Origin: Candidatus Fermentibacteraceae bacterium
GTDB lineage: Bacteria; Fermentibacterota; Fermentibacteria; Fermentibacterales; JCC-6
Assembly (NCBI GenBank): GCA_016744855.1
Contig: JADGDO010000013.1
Coordinates: 33,301-97,300 of the forward strand
Direction of reading: 5' to 3'
DNA: 64,000 nucleotides
The notes below the pieces were generated by a model, which worked only from the letters and a program-made list of their open reading frames with translations, did no database searches and was not told the DNA's origin. This document shows positions 29,383-39,344 of this stretch, piece after piece (positions within the stretch are counted from its first letter, which is position 1; each line of letters starts with the position of its first letter). The translations under genes and the position numbers were made by a program.

Positions 29383-30457
29383 GTATCTAATCACAGTAAG
29401 TGTTCTGTTTCTGTTAACTGCTTGTAATAGAACACCTCCAATGGAGTTGGCTTCAGAAGAAACAACACTGCTTCAGCTAATTGCTGTTGATACAATAGGA
29501 ATAGAATTCGGCGATGAAAGATTTGTCTTCGGTGATATCTGCTCTGTAAGTACAGATTTCAATGGAAACTTGATTGTTCTTGATGCAATAACCTGCAACG
29601 TTCGCAGATACTCACCATCTGGAGAGTATCTGGGAGAATTTGCCGGTTCCGGTTCCGGACCCGGAGAACTTATTGACCCCATGGCGATGGCTCTTCTCTC
29701 CGGTGGTGGAATTGCAATAGCTGACTGGGCTGCATGGGGTATTTATCTCTACGACAGAAACTATGATTACTGCGATTTTATCGGTCCGATGGCTGGCGGG
29801 TCGCCGCTTTCGCTCGCAACAGGGGCTGATAACTCAGTTATTGGTCTCGGTGTTACTTTCTGGAGTGAGAATGAACAACCTGCAGGAGAGTATTTCCTTG
29901 CGTCCTGGTCGGACTCAGTTTCGGAGACATTCCGCTTTACCTCGGGAACAGCTCTGACTGAACCTTCAGAGGGTGGTGAAGTTACTATCAACCTGCCAAC
30001 ACTCTACTTTGATTCATCCCCGAGTTATGAAATGTATGTTGCTTTGTCTACCGATTCAACTTTCATTGTTCAGCATTTTTCTGCAACTGGGGAGGAAGTT
30101 GGTTTGATTGAAGAGGAGTGGGAGAAAATTCCACTGAATTCGATGAGTATGGATTTAATCAATGCAGAGTCTCGTATGCACGGTGAAGAAATCTCTTCTG
30201 AAAAACTATATGCAGATGCAGTTGTTGGAATTCACTGTGACAGCTCTGGTAACGTTTGGGTCAGACTTGGCACATCGCCTCATCCATTATTCAATGTTTA
30301 CAACGCCTCGGGTGAGTTTGTAACCTCTTTAGAAGCAAGTGAACTGTCTGATCCCCTCTTTGAACTTGATTTTCTTGTAAGCGGAGAGAATGTGTTTGCC
30401 TGGAACACAGATCCAATTGATTTTCCTAAAGTGTTGATTTTAACAAACCCTCTTTAG
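29366..30457 (+). CDS. Beta-propeller (NHL/6-blade-like) lipoprotein, paralog A
   Basis: Lipobox LLTACN. Shares motifs with the 35723..36841 paralog (LDA...R.YSPSGEY.GEFAGSGSGPGEL, C-terminal DFPKVLILTNPL). Confidence 0.65.
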   Translation: MQNMNRYLITVSVLFLLTACNRTPPMELASEETTLLQLIAVDTIGIEFGDERFVFGDICSVSTDFNGNLIVLDAITCNVRRYSPSGEYLGEFAGSGSGPGELIDPMAMALLSGGGIAIADWAAWGIYLYDRNYDYCDFIGPMAGGSPLSLATGADNSVIGLGVTFWSENEQPAGEYFLASWSDSVSETFRFTSGTALTEPSEGGEVTINLPTLYFDSSPSYEMYVALSTDSTFIVQHFSATGEEVGLIEEEWEKIPLNSMSMDLINAESRMHGEEISSEKLYADAVVGIHCDSSGNVWVRLGTSPHPLFNVYNASGEFVTSLEASELSDPLFELDFLVSGENVFAWNTDPIDFPKVLILTNPL

Positions 30458-30662
30458 ATTATTGAAAAGCCTTGAAATCACTCAAAGACTAACTCGATGC
30501 TTATTCATTATACTTTGCAACATTGATGGGGTAAGGCAAGATTTTGATACAAGGAGATGGATCAGTGAAGAACCAGTCTTCAGTTTCCATGATTGTTGCC
30601 AGACTTTTGTTAGCGAAAGTTGTTTTGTCTTCTACACACTGAAGCATATGTAAACTACAGGA

Positions 30663-31922
30663 TTGGGAATTATGGGAATTGACAAAAAAATAGAAATAAT
30701 GGCTCCTGCCGGTTCTTATGAAGCCTTGATGGCTGCGGTAAAAGCTGGTGCAACATCTATATACTTTGGCGTTGGTAACCTCAATATGAGATCAAAATCT
30801 GCCAATTTCGAACTGGATGACCTTGTAGAAGTTGCTAAGATATGCTCAGAAAATAATGTCAGAAGCTATCTTACATTGAACACTATCATGTATGATGAGG
30901 ATTTGGAAAACGCAAAACACATTTGTGATCGTGCATACAGCTCTGGTGTAAGTGCTGTTATAGCCTCAGATATTTCTGTAATCGAATATGCAAGATCTAT
31001 AAACCTGGAAGTTCACATATCAACCCAGCTCAATGTTTCAAATTTAGATGCACTTCGTTTTTTCTCGAGATATGCTGATGTTGTCGTTCTTGCCCGTGAA
31101 CTTACTCTTGAACAGATAAAGCACATTTGTACACAGATTGAAAAGCAGAATATTTGCGGACCCTCAGGAAAGTTGATACGGATTGAAGTGTTTGTGCACG
31201 GCGCTATGTGCGTGGCAATCTCAGGAAAATGCTACATGAGTCTTGCTCAGTACAATAGCTCTGCAAACAGAGGAAGATGCTTTCAGACCTGTAGAAGGCG
31301 ATATAAAGTAACAGATGAGGAAACTGGGGAAGAACTTGTTATCGACAACAAATTCGTAATGTCCCCAACGGATATGTGCACCATAAAAATGCTGGACAAA
31401 CTTATTGATGCCGGGGTAACAGTTCTCAAGATTGAAGGCCGAGCAAGAGGCCCTGAGTATGTTGATGTTGTTGTTAAGCAGTACAAAGAAGCACTAGATC
31501 GTATTGCTTCAGGGGAATACGATGAGGCATTCAAGGACGATGCTGAGCAAAATCTGAAAAGTGTTTTCAACAGAGGTTTTTGGGAAAACGGTTACTACTT
31601 AGGGAAACAGCTTGGTGAATGGTCGGGGAGTTATGGCTCTCAGGCAACAACAAGAAAAATACAGATCGGCAAAGTTGTGAATTTCTTCAAGAAAGCTATG
31701 GTTGCCGAAATTGCAGTTGAGTCTAGCGAGATAAAGATAGAAGACCTTATTGCTTTCACAGGATCTACCACTGGAATTGTTTATTCAACTCTTAAGAAAA
31801 TCCTGGATTCTGACGGTAATGATGTTCCCTCTGTTCAAAAAGGTTTCAACGCTACAGTTAAGCTGGATGAAGCTGTAAGAAGAAATGACAAAGTTTTCCT
31901 GATAGAACCCAGGAACGATTAG
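30663..31922 (+). CDS. Peptidase U32 family protein (collagenase-like, possibly RNA-modification U32)
   Basis: N-terminal EIMAPAGSYEALMAAVKAGATSIYFGV and the Cys-rich central region are typical of U32. Confidence 0.8.
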   Translation: MGIMGIDKKIEIMAPAGSYEALMAAVKAGATSIYFGVGNLNMRSKSANFELDDLVEVAKICSENNVRSYLTLNTIMYDEDLENAKHICDRAYSSGVSAVIASDISVIEYARSINLEVHISTQLNVSNLDALRFFSRYADVVVLARELTLEQIKHICTQIEKQNICGPSGKLIRIEVFVHGAMCVAISGKCYMSLAQYNSSANRGRCFQTCRRRYKVTDEETGEELVIDNKFVMSPTDMCTIKMLDKLIDAGVTVLKIEGRARGPEYVDVVVKQYKEALDRIASGEYDEAFKDDAEQNLKSVFNRGFWENGYYLGKQLGEWSGSYGSQATTRKIQIGKVVNFFKKAMVAEIAVESSEIKIEDLIAFTGSTTGIVYSTLKKILDSDGNDVPSVQKGFNATVKLDEAVRRNDKVFLIEPRND

Positions 31923-31944
31923 TGAAATTCACCGGGAGCTTTGG

Positions 31945-33231
31945 GTGAAAGAAAAGAAAATTCATATTCCGGGTAGCAAGTATATCGCCAACAGAATACT
32001 GGTGATATCCGCTCTTACCAATGGTACGTCATACATTTCAAATGTACCGAAAAATCAGGACATCAGTATTCTTGAGAAGGCACTCAGGGCAACAGGGGTT
32101 TCAGTTAAGGAAAACCCGTCCTCGGCTGCTCTTTCTATTCAAGGAATATTCGCACCGGACTGCAAAGTGAATAGGTGTAAGAGTATTGATGTTGGTGAAT
32201 CGGGTACTCTCCTGAGATTTGCAGTCGGTTTTGCCTGTTTGCTAGATGGTAAAACCCTTATAACAGCAGCGACCAGGAACAGAGAAAGACCTATTGAGCC
32301 GCTTATAAAGGCACTGAGAGATCTTGGGGCTCTGATATCTTATTCCAGCGCTCAGAGCATTTACCCTATAGAAGTTAGAAGACGCCTGATCGGCGGCAAA
32401 ACCGTCCTGCGTGGTGATGTTAGCAGCCAGTTTGTCAGTTCACTGCTGATCGTTGCCCCATACGCAAAGAGCGATGTAGAGATAAAAGTGTTAAAACCCA
32501 TTGTATCATCGGGTTATATAGACCTAACTATCCGGGAAATGGAGAGATTCGGTGTCGTAGCAGAAAGAGAAATCTGTGAGAAGCATGATCTTTTCAGAAT
32601 CAAAGCAGGGCAGAGGTATCAGCCCTGCAAACTTGATATCCCAAAGGATTGGAGCTCTGCAAACTCCCTCTTGGCAGCATCGGTGTTGCTTGGCAGAGAC
32701 ATTAGAATTGACAGGATTGACCTTAGCTCGAATCCTGGTGAGTCTGAATTTGCTTCCATACTTCAAACAATGGGTTGCAGAGTCAGTGTTCTGCCTGGAA
32801 ATATTTCTATTCAAAAATCGGGTACTTTGAAGGGCATCGAGGTAGATATGAAAGACAGCCCTGATTCTGTTTTAACTCTTATCGCACTAGCCTTGTTCGC
32901 GGAAGGCAGTACGGTTATTAAAAACATAGGTCATTTGATCTACAAAGAGAGTGATAGAATTAAGCAGGTAGAAAAAGAACTTTGCAAAATAGGTGCAGAA
33001 ATAAGGACAACTGCCAACTCAATAGTAATTATCGGGCAGAATCAACTGCATGCAGCAACTACCGAGTGCCATAACGACCACCGTCTTGCAATGTGCCTCG
33101 GCTTGATCAAACTGAAAAATAGAGACATGGAAATTGTGAATCGGGACTGTGTCCGGAAATCATTTCCAGAATTCTGGAACTACTTGGAATTGATTGCAAG
33201 GGAGGGAAAAAAATGCCTGGAGATTCAATAG
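31945..33231 (+). CDS. aroA: 3-phosphoshikimate 1-carboxyvinyltransferase (EPSP synthase)
   Basis: GSKYIANRILVISAL, LGESGTLLRF and HNDHRLAM motifs. ~428 aa. Confidence 0.88.
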   Translation: MKEKKIHIPGSKYIANRILVISALTNGTSYISNVPKNQDISILEKALRATGVSVKENPSSAALSIQGIFAPDCKVNRCKSIDVGESGTLLRFAVGFACLLDGKTLITAATRNRERPIEPLIKALRDLGALISYSSAQSIYPIEVRRRLIGGKTVLRGDVSSQFVSSLLIVAPYAKSDVEIKVLKPIVSSGYIDLTIREMERFGVVAEREICEKHDLFRIKAGQRYQPCKLDIPKDWSSANSLLAASVLLGRDIRIDRIDLSSNPGESEFASILQTMGCRVSVLPGNISIQKSGTLKGIEVDMKDSPDSVLTLIALALFAEGSTVIKNIGHLIYKESDRIKQVEKELCKIGAEIRTTANSIVIIGQNQLHAATTECHNDHRLAMCLGLIKLKNRDMEIVNRDCVRKSFPEFWNYLELIAREGKKCLEIQ

Positions 33232-34289
33232 GAAAGATGTTTAAAGTTTGTGTCTGGGGTGAATCACATGGCCCTTCTATCGGTGTTGTTATTGAAGGAT
33301 GCCCCCCAGGATTTGAGCTTGATCTCGACGGTATTAGGAAAGAATTAAATAGAAGAAAACCCGGCAGCAGTGCTTATGTAAGCTCACGCCTGGAACAGGA
33401 TCAATTCAAGATTTTGTCCGGTTTGTATAGGGGAGAAACCACTGGAACTCCTATCAGCATATTGATACCAAACCAGGGTTTTAACAAGAGCAGTTATGAT
33501 GAGCTTGAGAATACATACAGACCTGGCCACGCCGACTATACTTATCAGGCAAAGTATGGCATACGAGACTTTTACGGTGGCGGAAGAAGTTCTGCAAGGC
33601 TTACCGCACCTGTTGTTGCTGCGGGTTCTATTGCACGGCAAATTCTTCATAGGGAATACGGAGTAACGATTCTTGCATACATTACCCAAATCGGGAGAAT
33701 TCAATCAGGGATTGATGGACCCGGTCATAGAGCCCAAAGCAATTGCAACTTTTCTGATGAGAGTAAAGAGAGGGAAATTCTTACTCTGCTTGAAGGCTTA
33801 AAAGCAAGTGGGAATTCAATTGGCGGTGTTGTGGAGTGTATGATAAGCAATGTTCCTCCCGGTTTCGGTGAACCTCTTTTTGACAAACTCGATGCCGATC
33901 TGGCCAGTGCGATTGTTGGTCTTAATGCTGTTAAAGGGTTTGAGATAGGAAATGGATTCAATGCTGCAGAGCTAACCGGCAAGGAAAACAATGATGAGTT
34001 TCTAGTGGAACAAGGGGAAACACAGACTGTAACCAATCGCTCGGGGGGTGTGCTTGGAGGAATTTCAAACGGGATGCCGATCGTGTTTCGTGCTGCATTC
34101 AAGGCAACACCGAGTATTTCAATGGCACAAAGCACTGTTGATAACTCCGGGAACAAAAAGGAAATCGTGATTGTGGGTGATCATGATGTTTGCGTTGCAA
34201 TTCGTGCCGTACCAGTAGTTGAGGCACTAGCAGCTATTGTTCTCTGTGATCATTTCCTGAGATACAGAGGACAGTGTGGAGTCAAATGA
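33213..34289 (+). CDS. aroC: Chorismate synthase
   Basis: WGESHGPSIGVVIEGCPPG, RRKPG and GGGRSSAR motifs. The start may instead be the internal ATG at 33237. Confidence 0.9.
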   Translation: MPGDSIGKMFKVCVWGESHGPSIGVVIEGCPPGFELDLDGIRKELNRRKPGSSAYVSSRLEQDQFKILSGLYRGETTGTPISILIPNQGFNKSSYDELENTYRPGHADYTYQAKYGIRDFYGGGRSSARLTAPVVAAGSIARQILHREYGVTILAYITQIGRIQSGIDGPGHRAQSNCNFSDESKEREILTLLEGLKASGNSIGGVVECMISNVPPGFGEPLFDKLDADLASAIVGLNAVKGFEIGNGFNAAELTGKENNDEFLVEQGETQTVTNRSGGVLGGISNGMPIVFRAAFKATPSISMAQSTVDNSGNKKEIVIVGDHDVCVAIRAVPVVEALAAIVLCDHFLRYRGQCGVK

Positions 34290-34534
34290 ATGTGATTGAT
34301 GAACTCAGGGAAGAAATCGACAAGGTTGATAGAGATATAGTAAGCCTTCTGAATAGAAGAATTGAACTAGTTTTGGATATTAGTAAGCATAAGAAGATGA
34401 ACAAGTTGGCAGTCGAAGATCTTGCCAGGGAGAAAAAAATACTATCCAATCTCTATGGCAATAAACTGGATGATGAATATCTCAAGAACATCTATGAGGT
34501 TATTTTTCGCTATTCAAAATCTAAGCAACTCTGA
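34286..34534 (+). CDS. Chorismate mutase (AroQ class, monofunctional)
   Basis: ELREEIDKVDRDIVSLLNRRIELVLDISKHK matches AroQ helix 1. ATGA overlap with aroC. Confidence 0.75.
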   Translation: MNVIDELREEIDKVDRDIVSLLNRRIELVLDISKHKKMNKLAVEDLAREKKILSNLYGNKLDDEYLKNIYEVIFRYSKSKQL

Positions 34535-34542
34535 CTGAGATC

Positions 34543-35373
34543 TCAGACAATTCCGTCCGGGGTAATCGGTATCATTTTTCTTGTGATCATCAGTTCATTG
34601 TCAGGAATTGTTCCAGCGGGACATACCGCAAAACAGTTATGGCAGTATGAACCGGTTTCTGCAATTTCCCTGCGTTTTTGCATACATGCTTTTCTGCTCC
34701 ATGAATCAGGATACACTTTTTCTTGATCATATGCTTCAGCGGGACAGAGTTCTATGCAGAGGTTACAGTTTTCACATGGGTAGAAATTCTCAAGCGGTGG
34801 GTCGGGTTCCAGTTCAGAGTCTATCATTACAAGTCCGAGTGTCATCCTGTTGCCAAGAACTGGATTAATAAGAAGACCCGATTTGCCGTAAACGCCAATT
34901 CCTGCAAGGGATCCGCTTACTTTACACTGAACCGGTTTCAGACTGGTTTTAATGTTGTAATGCTCGAAGAACTGAAGAGCTGCAAGTGCAATTGGTGCTG
35001 CTATCTGCCTTATCATCCTGTTCATTGCGTACTTTTGGGATTGCAATTGCCTGGGGACCGGCCCAAGGGGCACATCATTTTCATGAGGAGATAGTGGTCC
35101 GGTGTAGGTGTTATTGCTTTCAGGAGACATGGCGACAGCAAATACAACTATTGATTTGCAGTCTGGCCAGACCTCAAGCGGCTTGTAGCCAGCTTCTGCA
35201 TTTTGGTAACCAGGATTGTATGGGGAAGAAATTCCTACGTCAAATGCTCCAGCGTTTTTTAGAAAAACCTTCAGCTCATTCTTCACAGTTCCCCTTTCAG
35301 CAGAGAGAGAATCTTTCATTTGCTTCCGGGCATCAGAGTTTCCCCGCACTGCTTCTAAACTAACAAAACACAA
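34543..35373 (-). CDS. 4Fe-4S ferredoxin-domain protein (epoxyqueuosine reductase QueG-like or reductive-dehalogenase-like)
   Basis: Two CxxCxxCxxxCP clusters (CENCNLCIELCP, CHNCFAVCP) in the C-terminal half. Confidence 0.45.
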   Translation of the reverse strand: MCFVSLEAVRGNSDARKQMKDSLSAERGTVKNELKVFLKNAGAFDVGISSPYNPGYQNAEAGYKPLEVWPDCKSIVVFAVAMSPESNNTYTGPLSPHENDVPLGPVPRQLQSQKYAMNRMIRQIAAPIALAALQFFEHYNIKTSLKPVQCKVSGSLAGIGVYGKSGLLINPVLGNRMTLGLVMIDSELEPDPPLENFYPCENCNLCIELCPAEAYDQEKVYPDSWSRKACMQKRREIAETGSYCHNCFAVCPAGTIPDNELMITRKMIPITPDGIV

Positions 35374-35722
35374 GCAAATGTCAAAAACTGCAGCTCCAGA
35401 TCACTTTTTGATTGAAGAGAATCTGCGTTGAAGAAACAAAATTAATGTAAAATTTGACAAAAAGTAAACAAAAAATATATTAAGGAAAGTGTAAGTGTTA
35501 AAAAGGAAAAAGAGAGAGAAATTTACTTGTTGCTGTTCTGTTTCTTATTCTTTTATTGCCGGTGGTACCGGGTCAAACAGATCGGACAGGGCTGAGAATT
35601 CTCATCTATGCTCTTCCTTAAGAGCTCTTTCAAATCCCTGAGCGGATAATAGTATCTAGTTCGGAATGTATTTCTTTCAAATTGAGTTTGGGATAGTCAG
35701 TAAACAGTTTTAAGGGAGGACT

Positions 35723-36841
35723 ATGAGATATTTAATCATATTCACGGTACTACTTCTTACCTTCGCTTGCGATAACAGCACTCCTTCAGCGGATGCACAG
35801 CCCGAAGAAAGCATTCCGGATACCCTCACACTTTCTGTTTCAGATACTATTGGAGTTCTTATGGGAGACTCTCTTCAGGAATTCGGCAGCCTTGCAGATG
35901 TTGAGTTTGACGAAGAAGGAAATATTCTTGCTCTGGATGCCATGAAGGGCCGGATAAGCATTTTCACTCCGTCTGGAGAATTTGTTGAGTTCATTGGCAG
36001 GCATGGTGCTGGCCCGGGCGAATTCCAATACCCCAATTGCTTTGCTCAACTCACTGATGGATCTATTGTTGTTGCCGATTTCTCTGGTGCGACAATTTCA
36101 CAATTCAACGCTCAAAACGAATTTGTTGACAGACTTGCAGGTTTTGCGATGGTTCCACCCATGTTCCCAGCAGCGGGACCGGGTGGTTCTTATTTTGCTG
36201 GCAACATGGCAATTGATATGTCGGTTGAAGGTGGCCTCCCAACAGGAAGCAGCTTTATCGGTCTTTACCGAGGCGGTCTTGAACCGGAAACCATTCTTCT
36301 ATCTCATCCTCTCGACATAAGCATTGATGCTGATGGAGATGTCAATGTTGATAATGTGGATGTTAAATGGGATTCTGACAGCCGTGGTAACTTATTCTAT
36401 GCAGTAAGCGACGGACTTACTTATTCATTGAATGGAGTAACAGCTGAAGGGGGTCATATTTTCACAATCGAGAAAGATTGGCAACCTGTCGCCAAAACTG
36501 AGGAAGAAATGCTGGAAGAGTCTTACCAGGAAGGTCTCTCCAGGTCTGACGGTGGAGAATCCACTGTAAACAGAGGTGAACGTGTAAATCAAAATCCTTA
36601 TCACATTGCTATCGATGGTATTTACATTGATGATAACGATCGCATATGGGTAAAACAGGGTTATACTGATATCCCCACCTTTGAAGTTTACTCTACAGAA
36701 GGTGAATTCTTACAACATGTTACTATCCCGAGTCTTGCAGGCATTGATCAGCTTTCCTTCTCGTTTAAGAACGGTATGCTCGCCTTTGATGTTGGCCCAA
36801 CAGACTATCCCAAAATTTACATTCTTGAAAACCTCGACTGA
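35723..36841 (+). CDS. Beta-propeller (NHL/6-blade-like) lipoprotein, paralog B
   Basis: Lipobox LLTFACD. Paralog of the 29366..30457 gene (FTPSGEFVEFIGRHGAGPGEF, C-terminal DYPKIYILENLD). Confidence 0.65.
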   Translation: MRYLIIFTVLLLTFACDNSTPSADAQPEESIPDTLTLSVSDTIGVLMGDSLQEFGSLADVEFDEEGNILALDAMKGRISIFTPSGEFVEFIGRHGAGPGEFQYPNCFAQLTDGSIVVADFSGATISQFNAQNEFVDRLAGFAMVPPMFPAAGPGGSYFAGNMAIDMSVEGGLPTGSSFIGLYRGGLEPETILLSHPLDISIDADGDVNVDNVDVKWDSDSRGNLFYAVSDGLTYSLNGVTAEGGHIFTIEKDWQPVAKTEEEMLEESYQEGLSRSDGGESTVNRGERVNQNPYHIAIDGIYIDDNDRIWVKQGYTDIPTFEVYSTEGEFLQHVTIPSLAGIDQLSFSFKNGMLAFDVGPTDYPKIYILENLD

Positions 36842-36873
36842 TACACCCACAGAACCTAATATCTGAACTATTG

Positions 36874-36904
36874 AAACCCCCTCTAAAAGTGAGGGGGTTT
36901 CTGC
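36874..36904 (+). terminator. Rho-independent terminator (aaaccccctc-N7-gagggggttt)
   Basis: 10-bp perfect GC stem followed by T residues. Confidence 0.6.
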
Positions 36905-37038
36905 CAAATAGAGCAGTTTTAATAAAACACTGTTTGGATGCTCATGAAGTGCTTTTCTGTACAGTTTTAACTATTATTATACAGACAATCCTCTATATTC
37001 TTCTTGAATGTAAGAGCTCATAGCAGGGAGGGGCCATT

Positions 37039-37488
37039 GTGAGATCAGTAATCAATTGGAATGTGATGGGAATTTTTGGAATTCTTATAATCGGATTTAT
37101 TATTGCAGGGTTTCTGGTGCCCGACAATTCCAAGACAGATGACGGATACCCGCTTGATATATTCATGTGGGCAATGGGAGGTATTTTTGCACTCAGCATT
37201 GGCTCTATTATTCTCTACAGTACATTTACCAACAGGAAAAGAGCATTCATCGAGAATACATGGTATGATGCCCCAGCGAAAATTCTTGATGTATCCGAGA
37301 CAGGAACCTACATAAATAACCAGCCAAGGTTGAAATTCGTACTGCAAGTAAGGTCCCCAGTTCACCCACCCTGTGATGTGGTGCACAAGCAGGTGATTCC
37401 ACTTACCTCTCTTGCAACGTACAGCAAAGGTAATACGATAAATGTGAAGGTGAACCCCGATAACCCTGAAGATATACTTCTTGTCTGA
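37039..37488 (+). CDS. 2-TM membrane protein with C-terminal beta domain (DUF3592-like), hypothetical
   Basis: GTG start. Two TM helices flanking a short loop. The C-terminal part is beta-rich. Confidence 0.45.
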   Translation: MRSVINWNVMGIFGILIIGFIIAGFLVPDNSKTDDGYPLDIFMWAMGGIFALSIGSIILYSTFTNRKRAFIENTWYDAPAKILDVSETGTYINNQPRLKFVLQVRSPVHPPCDVVHKQVIPLTSLATYSKGNTINVKVNPDNPEDILLV

Positions 37489-37542
37489 ATCAAAAGGATT
37501 TGGCTGCAGAATTGAAATCCGCCTGTTGTTTGAAAGGAATTT

Positions 37543-38949
37543 ATGACTGCTTCGGATAAATACAGTAAGCTGATGAAAGTCTTAGCCAGAATGGCTCCCC
37601 CTCTTCCCTCAAAGCTTCTTGATAAAGAGTTCACTCCCGAAGAGATGATAGCCGACCTTCATTTCATGCTTAGAACCATGGAAGAAGTACATCCCGACCT
37701 GTATTTCACAATGAGCCAGCAGAAGGTGAACTCGCTTCTTAAGGAAGCTGAATTGAAGATTCGCTCCGGGATAAACCGTGCAGAATTCTATGAGATCACA
37801 GCATTTTTAGTTGCTGGAATTGCTGACGATCACACGGCTATTGAACTGCCAACTGAAAGGTACCAGAAGAATGCCGAGACCAACGGTCCGGTATTTCCGT
37901 TTGAAGTTTCAATAGAAAATGGCAGAATAGCAGTTAAGAGTTCTTTTTCAACCAATCTGGATGGAGTGGAAGTACTTTCAATCAACGGTGTTGATTCGAG
38001 TGAAATTCTTGAGAGAATCCTTAGAACAATCAGTGGGCTGACCCTGGAAAACAGGGAGAGCCGGGCTGGCGTTTCTTTCAGACAGTACTTCTTCCTTTTC
38101 TACGGTGCAGCATCGGAGTTTAATCTTGAGGTAATGAGGGATGGTAAATCTGAAGTTCACACAATTCCAGCTGTTACTTCAGGATACATAGTTAAGCAGA
38201 AGCAGTTTGAAACTTCATCATCACCTTCAGAATACACTCCGTATGAGTATCGAATTAACAGAGAAAAGAATTATGCCCTGCTTTCCTTCAGACAATGCGT
38301 TGACCACTCTTCTTTCGCATCTCTTTCTAAAAAAATGTTCACAGAGATTAAAGAGACTGGTGTTGAAAATCTGATAGTTGACCTACAGGGTAACAGTGGG
38401 GGACAGTCATCCCTTGCCAATGATCTATGCTCTTATCTTACAGATAAACCTATCAACCACTTTGCCCGGATTGATGTTAAAGTGTCCAGGCAGATTAGAA
38501 AGTACTACTCAGCCATCTGCAGGCATCTCGCCTCATTCCCGATGAGCCTGCTCCCTGCACGTTTCATACACGGTGAACCCTGGAGAAAAGGTGTGGGTGA
38601 GATAGTTTCTGTATTCAGTGAACAAGTAATTCCAGAACAAAGCGAGCTGCAGTTTACAGGGAATGTTTTTGCTCTGACAGATTCTTTTACCGCATCATCA
38701 GCCAGTGATTTGGCTGTTATTCTGAAAGACAACGGGCTGGGAAAAACGGTGGGGAAAAACACCGGTGGATTTGCTACCTCATACGGGGACAGCTATCTTT
38801 TCTCTCTGCCCAATACATTTCTTCAGTGCAGGGTTTCGCACAAGTTTTTTGTGCGTCCGAACGGCAGTGAAATACCCGGGCCAGTATCTCCGGATTATCC
38901 TGTAGATACAGACGCACTCAGTTATACTGTTGCTCTTCTTAAAACCTAG
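37543..38949 (+). CDS. Peptidase S41 family (C-terminal processing/tricorn-core-like)
   Basis: DLQGNSGGQ motif characteristic of S41. Ser/Lys dyad region. Confidence 0.7.
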   Translation: MTASDKYSKLMKVLARMAPPLPSKLLDKEFTPEEMIADLHFMLRTMEEVHPDLYFTMSQQKVNSLLKEAELKIRSGINRAEFYEITAFLVAGIADDHTAIELPTERYQKNAETNGPVFPFEVSIENGRIAVKSSFSTNLDGVEVLSINGVDSSEILERILRTISGLTLENRESRAGVSFRQYFFLFYGAASEFNLEVMRDGKSEVHTIPAVTSGYIVKQKQFETSSSPSEYTPYEYRINREKNYALLSFRQCVDHSSFASLSKKMFTEIKETGVENLIVDLQGNSGGQSSLANDLCSYLTDKPINHFARIDVKVSRQIRKYYSAICRHLASFPMSLLPARFIHGEPWRKGVGEIVSVFSEQVIPEQSELQFTGNVFALTDSFTASSASDLAVILKDNGLGKTVGKNTGGFATSYGDSYLFSLPNTFLQCRVSHKFFVRPNGSEIPGPVSPDYPVDTDALSYTVALLKT

Positions 38950-38963
38950 CTGTAAATCGAGAG

Positions 38964-39242
38964 TTACTGTAATACATCTTCTTTTGAAGAATCCTGCCAG
39001 CAGGCATCAGATTGAATATCTGTTTTAAAGACAACGATGTCTGCGTTCCAGGCTCCGTCTACGAAAAATACTGCCTTATCAGCATCGCTGCGGATATCCG
39101 AGTAGGACCATATCTGAGGAACTGTTGCTTCCCATTCGCTTGTTGTCTCATAAATAACAAGGTGAGCCTCAGATCTGATATCTGTAACAAACACTTTCAT
39201 GTCAGCATCTGACTCTATATCACTTACGAATAGTTTTGGCAT
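38964..39242 (-). CDS. Small repeat protein (3-4 copies of a D-I-x-S-D/E-A-D-x-K-V-F motif), hypothetical
   Basis: Internal repeats SDIESDADMKVFVTD, SDIRSDADKAVFFVD and TDIQSDACWQD. Confidence 0.35.
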   Translation of the reverse strand: MPKLFVSDIESDADMKVFVTDIRSEAHLVIYETTSEWEATVPQIWSYSDIRSDADKAVFFVDGAWNADIVVFKTDIQSDACWQDSSKEDVLQ

Positions 39243-39344
39243 TGTGTTTTTATCCCTTCTGAAAGATTCAATTGGTCAGATAATAATTTTACGAAGAAGG
39301 CCGATCAGTTGATCGACCTTCAAAAAAAATGCAAGGAGCTATTG

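Noticed and set aside
30462-30653. 63-aa ORF in the intergenic region upstream of the U32 peptidase
   Set aside because: No RBS and no recognisable features. It is probably a non-coding spacer.
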